This document shows, one piece after another, positions 19,742-28,632 of a stretch of 64,000 bases of DNA. Numbering within the stretch: the stretch's first letter is position 1; the number at the start of each line of letters is the position of its first letter. The DNA lies in contig OY969622.1 of the NCBI GenBank assembly GCA_963701665.1, forward strand, positions 64,001 through 128,000, written 5' to 3'. Below the pieces are notes generated by a model. It did no database searches. It was not told the origin of the DNA and saw only the letters and a list, made by a program, of their open reading frames with translations. The position numbers were made by a program, and so were the translations under genes. The stretch comes from Candidatus Babeliales bacterium. Lineage in GTDB: Bacteria; Babelota; Babeliae; Babelales; JANWKD01.

Positions 19742-21135
19742 CTCATATGATGCTTATCTGCAAATTCTTCCAATTCTTTAGGGCCACGTGATTCCTTTTG
19801 ATATGCATATAACGGTAAGTGTAATGCTTTAATTTTTTCTATAATATCCCATGCAAATTCAATTTCATCAAAGCGTACTGAAATTGATTGTTCACCAATA
19901 AGCACTTCTTGCAACACTAATTCGTACGTATTTCCTTTCACAGAACCAAAGGTACATTCATAACAAAAATCCATAGTCACGGGCATAACCTCGATCAAGA
20001 GACCCGGTTTTTTTACGTTCAATTCGAGTGAAAAGAGCGGTTTTGGCAATACACGAATGGTGAGCTTATTTGCTTGGCTAGGGCAACTTGAACTTAAAAG
20101 ACATTTAACGTGTTTGAATTGCACGGTAATAACCGTATCTTTCGTATTCATGCATTTCCCCGTTGTTATATAAAATGGCACCCGTTGCCAACGTGGCGTA
20201 TCGATCATAAATTTTAATGCCGCAAAGGTTTCAGTTTTTGAACCCTCGGCAACACCCTTTTCTGAAAGATAGCCATCATATTGACCCAAAATGCCATCTA
20301 CCGGATAAATTTTTTGCAACACTGCAGCGACTTGATCGCGCACGGCATCACCACTTAATAACCGCGGTGCTTCCATGGAAAGCAGGGCTAAAATCTGCAT
20401 AAGATGATTTTGCACGACATCTTTGAGCGCGCCGTACGCATCATAATACAACCCTCGTCCTTCAACACTGACCGTTTCTCGTAATGCGATTTCAACCCAA
20501 TCAATATTTTCATAATTCCATAAAGGTTCAAACACGCGATTAGTAAAACGAACGAGTGCCAGCGTGCCAATGATATCTTTTGCCAAATAATGATCAACAC
20601 GATAAATTTGCGATTCATCTAAATACTGTGAAATTACTTTGTTAATCTGTCCTGCAGACGCGCGATCTTGGCCGAACGGTTTTTCATAGACAACGCGACA
20701 CCACCCTCGTTTCTGATCGTTTTGTTTTTTATAAATGACATTATGCTGCCCGAGTGCTTGCGAAACGGGTGCAAAAAATTGCGAGGGTAACGCCATGTAA
20801 ACGAGTGTGTTAACGACATCAGTGGCAAGTTTCTTCTTCTCAGTCTCAAGAAAACGCGCGAGATGTTCAACATCATCAGCGTTAGCAAAATCTGTTTTTT
20901 GATACACAAAATGTGAACAAAATTCTTGCCACGTTGCCTCATCAAATTCTTCAACAAACGGCAATGCTGTTTTCAAAATATCTGGCGTTGTTATTGCTTC
21001 ACGCCCAACGCCACACAATAACCATGATGATGGCAAATGCTTATGTTTTAACAAACTATAAAGAGCCGGCAGCAACCTGCGTTTTGACAAATCTCCTGTT
21101 GCACCCAACAAAATAATGATGATACTTTCATTCAT
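19729..21135 (-). CDS. zwf: Glucose-6-phosphate 1-dehydrogenase
   Basis: GATGDL, EKPFGQD, YRVDHYLAK, DVVQNHLMQ. Confidence 0.95.
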   Translation of the reverse strand: MNESIIIILLGATGDLSKRRLLPALYSLLKHKHLPSSWLLCGVGREAITTPDILKTALPFVEEFDEATWQEFCSHFVYQKTDFANADDVEHLARFLETEKKKLATDVVNTLVYMALPSQFFAPVSQALGQHNVIYKKQNDQKRGWCRVVYEKPFGQDRASAGQINKVISQYLDESQIYRVDHYLAKDIIGTLALVRFTNRVFEPLWNYENIDWVEIALRETVSVEGRGLYYDAYGALKDVVQNHLMQILALLSMEAPRLLSGDAVRDQVAAVLQKIYPVDGILGQYDGYLSEKGVAEGSKTETFAALKFMIDTPRWQRVPFYITTGKCMNTKDTVITVQFKHVKCLLSSSCPSQANKLTIRVLPKPLFSLELNVKKPGLLIEVMPVTMDFCYECTFGSVKGNTYELVLQEVLIGEQSISVRFDEIEFAWDIIEKIKALHLPLYAYQKESRGPKELEEFADKHHMRWQS

Positions 21136-22451
21136 TGTGCTAATAAATTCCTTGTTTCTTGTTTATATGATTCAACATTGGGTTGATCAAACGGATTAAC
21201 TTCTAAAAGAAATCCTAAAAACATCATTTCAATCATTTTAAACTGTAAAAACTGCCCACAATACCATGCATTTAATGCGGGAAATTCAATTGAGATAAAA
21301 GGCCTTTTTTGTTTACGATAGGCTGCTTTTACCCCGTCAATAATTGCTTGCATAATATACGGTACCGATTTGCCTTGAATGTTTGCAACTAAATGACCAA
21401 ATTCAGGAAGGTCAGGCACCATAAGACTATTTTTTTCAGGGCGTACGCTCACAAATGTGTTACATTTATCACGCGGGCCACCTAAATAAAGCTGGCCAAC
21501 TGAATGCAAATCAACGGTGCCAACAGAAACGGTAGGATTGATACCACGCTCCACAACAGCGCCATGAATATCATGTTCTTTGCCAATACTCTCACCCATC
21601 AATTGACGATACCAAGCACCCATGCTGCGCAGCTCGTGGGAAAAAACAAACATATCTTGAATGATAATGCCTTTTTTGTATTGTGCAAATATCGTTGCTG
21701 CACTATGCGCCACCGCATTATATTCGATGATACCAGTCGCCATCTCTTTAACTGATCCTGCGCCAGCTAGAAGATCGTATATCGGCACTTTCAACATGCC
21801 CAATGGGAATAACCCGACAGCAGAAAGCACTGAAAATCTGCCACCAACTTTTTTTGGTATAGGTAAAAGTGCGTAATGATTTTTTTGTGCATAGCGCCAA
21901 AGTACTGAATCTTCATCAGTAGTTATCACGATATACTCTTGATAATCATCAGGGTGATACTGCTGCAACAGTGATAAAAAAAGTTCAAAATTTACGATTG
22001 TTTCTGTTGTAGTGCCAGATTTGGTAATGACATTTATTAAAATGCGATTACCTTTTTCCAATTCATGCTGTGCAATGATCAGTAAACTTTTTAAATACTG
22101 AGCATCAACCGTATCGGCACAATACATTTTAAGTACAGGATCCAGATCGTTATAAAGAATGCCATGCAATGCTTCATGGATCGCAAGAATACCAAGATTT
22201 GAACCTCCTATACCGATCACAAAAAGACACGTTGCTAGCAGTTGCTTTTTTTCATCAATCAAGGCTTGTACTTTTGCATGATACTCAACATCAAATGGTA
22301 CATAGACTGATGCATAGACAGAATCATACTGTTGTGCAAATGCCTGCTTGAGGCGCGCAATTTCTGGTTCTAATTTTTTTAGACTTGCTAACAATTCTCC
22401 TTCTGTACACAAACTGGCGCTCAAATCAATATGTAAGAAATCCATACTCAT
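21132..22451 (-). CDS. pgi: Glucose-6-phosphate isomerase
   Basis: IGIGGSNLG, TKSGTTTET, VGGRFSVLS, QLMGESIGK, DLHSVGQ, NPFDQPNVESYK. Confidence 0.95.
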   Translation of the reverse strand: MSMDFLHIDLSASLCTEGELLASLKKLEPEIARLKQAFAQQYDSVYASVYVPFDVEYHAKVQALIDEKKQLLATCLFVIGIGGSNLGILAIHEALHGILYNDLDPVLKMYCADTVDAQYLKSLLIIAQHELEKGNRILINVITKSGTTTETIVNFELFLSLLQQYHPDDYQEYIVITTDEDSVLWRYAQKNHYALLPIPKKVGGRFSVLSAVGLFPLGMLKVPIYDLLAGAGSVKEMATGIIEYNAVAHSAATIFAQYKKGIIIQDMFVFSHELRSMGAWYRQLMGESIGKEHDIHGAVVERGINPTVSVGTVDLHSVGQLYLGGPRDKCNTFVSVRPEKNSLMVPDLPEFGHLVANIQGKSVPYIMQAIIDGVKAAYRKQKRPFISIEFPALNAWYCGQFLQFKMIEMMFLGFLLEVNPFDQPNVESYKQETRNLLAQ

Positions 22452-22698
22452 TCCTTTATATGCACGTGTCGAATTTTTTCTCGTAGATTACTATAACACG
22501 AAGAGAATTGTAGTGCGCTGTAATTTTTCAAAAATTGATGACGTTGTCCAAGTTTTAACGACTAATAGGATTACACGGAAAGTCGCTCACACAGCGCCAC
22601 TCGCTGTTGCAAAAGGGTAATGCGCTCTTGCTTTTATCCCATTATTATTTTAGAATCACGGGTACATGTTTAACCCACAACTAAAAAGGAATCCACTT

Positions 22699-23391
22699 AT
22701 GAACTTCTTCAAGTATTCATTACTTGCTTTTTGTTTTCTCATTTCAGGATTCAATTATGCAGAGACCCCTGATACGATGCCTTCCGAACAATCTATGATT
22801 GATGCGCAATCTGACATGAGCCTTTGTGTACGCTCATGTGATGATGAGCAACTCTCAATGCTTGAGATATGCCGCATTGTTTTAACAGAATGCGCAGAGG
22901 TATATCTCACCTTATACGATGGAGAAAAAGACGATCTTGTTAGAATGGCAACCGAACTCATGACTCTACAAACTATGGTTGAACAATACTGCGATAGCTG
23001 TTTGAAAGATGATCCAATAATGAAGAAATACAAAGAGTTCATGCGGCTTGAAAACATGAGTTTGCATGGTACAGTAGGATGTCAATCATGCGATGAGGCA
23101 AACTATGAGGCTGTTAGAATGCCATTCAGCATAAAAACGTTCTTAGAAAATCAGGATATGCAAGCGTTTTACGATACTCTTGATACAGAAGAAAAAAAGC
23201 AATATAAGCACATCGTTAAAGGCATGAATAATTTCTGCCAAGATGTTGTTAAAACCATTGAAATGATTGTTGATCATTACCCTTCACTTAAAGAAAAGAT
23301 CAAAGCAGAACTTGAGGCCCAAGGATTAAGACTCATGATTACCGTTCAATTTGATGAGCCACTTCCTTCAGCAACCTATCAAGTTATCTAA
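22699..23391 (+). CDS. Hypothetical exported protein with several Cys pairs
   Basis: Signal peptide MNFFKYSLLAFCFLISGFNYA; CVRSC, CDSC, CQSC; RBS aagga. Confidence 0.7.
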   Translation: MNFFKYSLLAFCFLISGFNYAETPDTMPSEQSMIDAQSDMSLCVRSCDDEQLSMLEICRIVLTECAEVYLTLYDGEKDDLVRMATELMTLQTMVEQYCDSCLKDDPIMKKYKEFMRLENMSLHGTVGCQSCDEANYEAVRMPFSIKTFLENQDMQAFYDTLDTEEKKQYKHIVKGMNNFCQDVVKTIEMIVDHYPSLKEKIKAELEAQGLRLMITVQFDEPLPSATYQVI

Positions 23392-23408
23392 ATCTACGTT
23401 CATTAATT

Positions 23409-23447
23409 AAAAAAAGAGCACATGTTTTTGCATGTGCTCTTTTTTTT
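23409..23447. terminator. Bidirectional intrinsic terminator
   Basis: aaaaaaagagcacatg / catgtgctcttttttt. Confidence 0.85.
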
Positions 23448-23455
23448 AACGCCCA

Positions 23456-23866
23456 TTAAATTTTAATTCGTTCAAGTGCTTTCATGGTCTTAAGATATTC
23501 ATTAATACGCGAACAAATTTCCTGCGCAGTTTCCTCATTGTAATCATGCGTTGTTGCATTTCTAGCTTCAGAAATATCTAAGAGTTTTTTAGTTTCTTCT
23601 TCACTAATCATGCCCAGTAAAAAACATTCACGAAAAATTGCCTTTGGAGAAGAAAGCTCAATAGAATGAAATTTTTTTATATATTGTTGGAGAAACTTCC
23701 AGCACATTTCATAACAAATTTCAAAATGCTTCACCAGTGATGCAACAGCATTTTCTGACTCTTCTTCTTGAGATGCGCTATTAAATTTTGAGGAAAAATT
23801 CAAACTACGTTCCAAAGCATGCAGGGACTTTATAAACTTCTGATGGGCACTTATTAACCTTTCCAC
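23456..23866 (-). CDS. HEPN / HI0074-family nucleotidyltransferase substrate-binding protein
   Basis: FEICYEMCWK, SPKAIFRE, RNATTH (R-X4-H); overlaps the upstream MNT gene. Confidence 0.88.
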   Translation of the reverse strand: MERLISAHQKFIKSLHALERSLNFSSKFNSASQEEESENAVASLVKHFEICYEMCWKFLQQYIKKFHSIELSSPKAIFRECFLLGMISEEETKKLLDISEARNATTHDYNEETAQEICSRINEYLKTMKALERIKI

Positions 23867-24144
23867 AAAATTCCCTCTTTTAAGATATTTTCTTTCAGTG
23901 CTTGAGGAACACGATTGAGGTCAACAACATCAACTTTTTGTGGAATATTAAGGGCATCGATCATGCTCACTATTTGCCCTTTTTGAGTCATCGATAGCGG
24001 CTCTTTAGCATCAATGGCTATATCAATATCGGATGTCGCTACATAATTTCCTCGTGCACGCGATCCAAAAAGATATATTTTTGCTTCAGGGAAAAAAATC
24101 TCAATAACTTTAATAATTTGTTTTTTTTGTTCTTGGTTTAGCAT
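23854..24144 (-). CDS. Minimal nucleotidyltransferase (MNT)
   Basis: YLFGSRARG...SDIDIA, KVDVV; 96 aa. Confidence 0.9.
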   Translation of the reverse strand: MLNQEQKKQIIKVIEIFFPEAKIYLFGSRARGNYVATSDIDIAIDAKEPLSMTQKGQIVSMIDALNIPQKVDVVDLNRVPQALKENILKEGILWKG

Positions 24145-24203
24145 ACTTTGCTCTTACATGGGTTATAAATGCTATTTTTTATCTTACTACAGCAAAACAA
24201 TTT

Positions 24204-25298
24204 TTAATAATTCAACACAGCTGGCGAAATGCTATATAACCTCTTTTTTTTAGATGGATCTAACACTACAAAAAAGCCATTTTGTACCCATTGCTGACAC
24301 ATCGCACGCGCAGTTCTGGGTTGAACTTTAAATGCTTTTTCAACATCATGCGCTGTGATAACATCCTTTTTTTTGAAAAGCTGTAGTGCTTTTTGCTGGC
24401 GAACATCAAGCCGGGATAATTGACCTGAAGAATCTTGCAATCCCTTTTTTTGCGCACGTTGAGCATGAAGTTTTACTCGCTCAAAACTATGTACTAATCC
24501 AGCACAGAAATATTCAACCCAAGGAGTAATATCAGCTTCCTCGCGACCTTCATAATAATTATGTGATGGCCCAATTGATATTGCGTGATAATATGCAGGT
24601 AAATTATTGGCATAATATTCTTCAAGTGAGTATAACCCTTTCAATCCATAACCCCCTGCATGTAATAAAAATGAGGTAAGTAACCGTGCGGTTCTCCCAT
24701 TACCATCAAAATAGGGATGAATCGTAGCAAATTGGTAATGCATTAATGCAGCACGCAAAGGACAAGGCAACTCCTTTTCTGTTTTATTAACCCATGTGAC
24801 CAAATCCTTCATGAGCTTTTGCACATCTTTAGCTTCGGGAGGAAGATATACAATTCTACGTGTTGCACTATCACGAATAATATTTTGTCCATCACGGTAT
24901 GACGTTGCTGTTACTTTCTTTTTTCCATCGCCCATCACAAGCGCATGAAGAGCTTTTATAGTAGCTTCACTCAATACAATTTTCTTTTTCAATATATTTT
25001 TTAGATAATCAAGTGCAGCATCATAGCCCCAAACCTCTTTTTCATCCCGTTCTCTACCGGGAAAATTCTTTGCATCCTCAATTACTTCTTTTACCTGCTG
25101 TGATGTTAAACGATTACCTTCGATAAAAGTAGAATAATGAATAGATTCTATTCGTGCAGTTTCACGTAAACTCGCAAGTACCACTGAATTTATTGGCAAT
25201 GTATCAATTTCTTGGCGTAATGCTTCAATTTTCATCAAATCTGATGCAATACCTGGTGTAATGGTATAATTTGGTTTAAACATCGTTTCCTTTGCCAT
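24204..25298 (-). CDS. Fic-domain protein with C-terminal wHTH
   Basis: STFIEGN, HPYFDGNGRTAR; C-terminal HTH-like region; start may be 25283. Confidence 0.92.
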   Translation of the reverse strand: MAKETMFKPNYTITPGIASDLMKIEALRQEIDTLPINSVVLASLRETARIESIHYSTFIEGNRLTSQQVKEVIEDAKNFPGRERDEKEVWGYDAALDYLKNILKKKIVLSEATIKALHALVMGDGKKKVTATSYRDGQNIIRDSATRRIVYLPPEAKDVQKLMKDLVTWVNKTEKELPCPLRAALMHYQFATIHPYFDGNGRTARLLTSFLLHAGGYGLKGLYSLEEYYANNLPAYYHAISIGPSHNYYEGREEADITPWVEYFCAGLVHSFERVKLHAQRAQKKGLQDSSGQLSRLDVRQQKALQLFKKKDVITAHDVEKAFKVQPRTARAMCQQWVQNGFFVVLDPSKKKRLYSISPAVLNY

Positions 25299-25343
25299 TA
25301 TTATGCCGTTATCCTGCCATTATTATGCCATTAAATGCCATTA
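25293..25343. repeat. Five tandem TGCC(A/G)TTA octamers at 10-11 bp spacing
   Basis: Copies at 25293, 25304, 25315, 25326 and 25336, over the fic start region. Confidence 0.85.
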
Positions 25344-25384
25344 AAATTCAAGAGTTTTTATCAACGTAATTTTTTAATGGCGTA

Positions 25385-28111
25385 TTAAAATTTCCATCTC
25401 ATTTCAACTTCACCGCCAAAGTCGCCACGTTCATCACGAATAACGCGTAAAGCGCTATCATCGGCAAAGAAGTATTCAACCTCTAACTTTATATCTTCAG
25501 GCAAACTAAAGTTTCGTTGAATAATACCGTGAAGCTGATCGTTCACATCAACTTCAATAGCACCACGAAAGCCGCCACGCCCTTGAGGATCGAAGAATTT
25601 AGGCACAAACCGAATATGTTTGAACGGGCCAAGGATTTCTTTAAAATACCGTTCCAAACGTGATGATGTTTGTTCAGGGCCAAAAAGAATATTCTGAATT
25701 CCTTGCATAAGTACTGATGGCATAACAACGCTCAATGAACCTTCCTCAGATCCAGCCAAAAGCAACGTAATAATTTGTTCTTCGGTCAGTGGTGGGCTTG
25801 ATTCAAATGAAATACGCGGGTTTTGTAATGAACCATCACAACGCATCACAACATGATATTTTCTAATCATGCCCTTTGCAACCAGCTCAAAATAAGGATC
25901 AAAAAGTTGATTAGGCACAAAATAAATACGCCCTTTGGTGATTGCTAATGGTTTATACGGAAATGCTAAACTCCCTCGTTCAACACTCATGTCACCTGAC
26001 ACTAAAGGATTTTGCACCGATCCTTTAATAGCCACGTTCATGCGCGCGCTTGCATCTAAAAAGGATGTTTTGATGGGAATCGAATCTTTGGTTTCAATAT
26101 GCATATCGAGTATGCAATCAAAAGGTTCTTGTGACGATGATTTAGACGACGATTTAAACGATAAAAATCCTTGTTTTTGTGTCGCAAATGAAAAAATATT
26201 TTTTTTGACAAATCCGCGATCAATAATAAGGGCACCCTTGAGGCTTGGAATGGTATTTTTTTTGTATGCAACAATAAAATTTCCTGAAAGCAAAGCAAAA
26301 ATATCTTTTTCAAAGGTAAGTAATGTTTTTAAAATACGGCACGGTACATAGGCAAAAGACAAACCGTACGCATCATCAAGTATGAATGTCGCATGATTCG
26401 TTTCGAGCGAACCGCGATCAAGTTGAACTTTTGTATCATCAAAAACAAGCTTCTTTTTTTGTAAATCTAAAGAAAGGGTGCTCGTAATGCCATGCACGAG
26501 ATTATAAATGGTCGGAATACGAATGTTGCATGCTGCTGTTGCCAAAGAAAGTTTTACAAGATTATTCTGCAACGTTCCGGTAAATAAAAATGTTCCCTCG
26601 CCACTCACTTTATAACCAACGAATGATTCTATGCACGGCTGCAGGAGAGCGTGCGAAAAAAAACCGTTACATCGTACGGTGTCATTATAAGAAACTTCGC
26701 TTGAAAAAACGCACGCTTGCTGCGCATCAAGAACTTTAAGCATGCACTGTTGTTTTTCAAAATCCATAGAGCCAGTTAACGAGTGTTCATTAATGGTGCC
26801 CGAGAGCGTGACAACTAAGTCGCGCGCATGCACCTGCGCACTCGCTTCAATAATTTTATTATCCTCATCAAACGCGTGCACCGTTGCTAATAACGTGCCC
26901 TCGTTTGGCGTAAAATCAACTTCAAGATGCACGGCATCTTGCGCAAGTGTGTAGGAAGTCGATGGGATTGTTAAGCGTTCGGGATTTGAACATTCCATCC
27001 GCCCCTCACGTTCAGCTCTATCAAAAAACCAGGATCCTTCAAGAATAGTTTGATTACCGCGCGTATAAAAAAAATCGCCAAACCATCGATGCAGATCGCT
27101 CCCAAATGTAGCAGTTAAGTCGCCTAATGAGATGCCGGCACACGTTATATCAGAAATGGTAAGGAGGCCGTCAAGCTGGCTATGCTGCGAGCAGGTGCCG
27201 GCAATAGTCAGATTTGCGTGACCTTGCACAAGCGATGTATCGCAATAAAATTTCTGACCAAAAGCGAGTGGCAACCGTACCTTAATATCGCCTTGCACTG
27301 CAGTTTTATCGAGTAACGTAAGAGAATCAGCGCCAATATATAATGATTCATCGTTGTTTTTTAGATGGAAAGATCCATATGATTCATGCCAACTAATGGC
27401 ATAAGAACATCCATGAACAATGCCAAGATCTGGCAACATTACAGAACCATGCACATTGAGATGTACTGCAGGCTCATTCACGTTTTTAACCGAAGCCCCG
27501 AGCGTGCATGCCCAATCTTTACACATAGTTTTTTCATGATGTTTGACACAGCCTTGCGTTGTTTTTAAATCAAGTTTTAATGCTCTACGATACATCGATG
27601 CATAAATTACAAAATGTGTTGTGTATTCAATCGCACGTTCAAAATCTTGCAAAAGAAAAGCACCTTTTTTGACCTGCAATTCTCGCAACCCGATCGGAAA
27701 ACCTGGCGCACCTCCCATCAAACGTAATAAATGATGTACAATACCAATATCGGTATCTTGCAGACGTGATTGGGCATACATACCTTCTAATTGCACGGTA
27801 AGATTAATATTTCGCGTTATGAAAAAATCAAGCCATGAAAAACTAAGCTGAAATTTTTTTGCACGCCATTGCCATAGATCTTTTTCTGTTGAAATGGTGA
27901 CAACATCGTGAAGTTCTAAACTGCCCCCCAGAATACTTACACTTTTTACGGTACCTTCTAGAGTGCAGGCGAAATTTTCTAAAAAAATAATTTTTAAATT
28001 TTTCTCGATAAAACTTTTAAAATAACGATCATGTTCAAGCAGCAAGAAAAAAACCATGATGCCCAAACAAAGTACCGCTGCCGTTACTTGGGCTAACTTT
28101 GCATAATTCAT
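25385..28111 (-). CDS. tamB: Translocation/assembly module TamB-like protein
   Basis: N-terminal TM anchor, long beta-rich body, DUF490-like C-terminus (GSLQNPRISFESSPPLTEEQIITLLL, ends RWKF). Confidence 0.8.
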   Translation of the reverse strand: MNYAKLAQVTAAVLCLGIMVFFLLLEHDRYFKSFIEKNLKIIFLENFACTLEGTVKSVSILGGSLELHDVVTISTEKDLWQWRAKKFQLSFSWLDFFITRNINLTVQLEGMYAQSRLQDTDIGIVHHLLRLMGGAPGFPIGLRELQVKKGAFLLQDFERAIEYTTHFVIYASMYRRALKLDLKTTQGCVKHHEKTMCKDWACTLGASVKNVNEPAVHLNVHGSVMLPDLGIVHGCSYAISWHESYGSFHLKNNDESLYIGADSLTLLDKTAVQGDIKVRLPLAFGQKFYCDTSLVQGHANLTIAGTCSQHSQLDGLLTISDITCAGISLGDLTATFGSDLHRWFGDFFYTRGNQTILEGSWFFDRAEREGRMECSNPERLTIPSTSYTLAQDAVHLEVDFTPNEGTLLATVHAFDEDNKIIEASAQVHARDLVVTLSGTINEHSLTGSMDFEKQQCMLKVLDAQQACVFSSEVSYNDTVRCNGFFSHALLQPCIESFVGYKVSGEGTFLFTGTLQNNLVKLSLATAACNIRIPTIYNLVHGITSTLSLDLQKKKLVFDDTKVQLDRGSLETNHATFILDDAYGLSFAYVPCRILKTLLTFEKDIFALLSGNFIVAYKKNTIPSLKGALIIDRGFVKKNIFSFATQKQGFLSFKSSSKSSSQEPFDCILDMHIETKDSIPIKTSFLDASARMNVAIKGSVQNPLVSGDMSVERGSLAFPYKPLAITKGRIYFVPNQLFDPYFELVAKGMIRKYHVVMRCDGSLQNPRISFESSPPLTEEQIITLLLAGSEEGSLSVVMPSVLMQGIQNILFGPEQTSSRLERYFKEILGPFKHIRFVPKFFDPQGRGGFRGAIEVDVNDQLHGIIQRNFSLPEDIKLEVEYFFADDSALRVIRDERGDFGGEVEMRWKF

Positions 28112-28632
28112 GTAAGACAGATCCAGGAACTCTCAAGACGGTATAAACGAAGTAATGAAATTGATGAAATTGGAACGGTTAGGGCGTAGGTAATTTTTTT
28201 TTCTGCATCAGCCATATAAATAGTACCGGGTGTCATAGAGCCATCGGGAGAAAAATGCACCGTATTATTTTTAAACGTTATTGCTTTGGAAATACTCTGT
28301 TTTGGGCTTGATGGCGGACCGTAAGCATTGGGGCTAAAACCAAATAACACTCCTTGTGGCACATGATATTCGGTAACATCGGTGTAATAGCGTCGCGTAC
28401 GTTCATCAAAAACTAATTTTTGTTCTTTTTGTGTTGCACACGCTTTTTGTTGTAAATAACGGAATAAGATCGACATTTTTTGCGCGTGCGCATGCACAAT
28501 ATGTCTGCGCAAAACACTCGTTTGTGATAACGAGAGTGTAATGATGAGCACCATCAACGCAAGAACGATACCTACTTGGAAAATAAGAAACCCGTTAGAG
28601 CTCTTCTTGATCTCCTTCAATGGTCGCCACAC
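28108..28632 (-). CDS. Prepilin-like minor pseudopilin (GspH/FimT-like)
   Basis: Basic leader then G|FLIFQ hydrophobic helix; F.PDG..TPGTI motif; follows gspE. Confidence 0.7.
   Translation of the reverse strand: MWRPLKEIKKSSNGFLIFQVGIVLALMVLIITLSLSQTSVLRRHIVHAHAQKMSILFRYLQQKACATQKEQKLVFDERTRRYYTDVTEYHVPQGVLFGFSPNAYGPPSSPKQSISKAITFKNNTVHFSPDGSMTPGTIYMADAEKKITYALTVPISSISLLRLYRLESSWICLT

Noticed and set aside
25293..25343. Short repeats considered as a CRISPR array
   Set aside because: 8-bp units with 2-3 bp gaps, no spacers and no cas genes in the window
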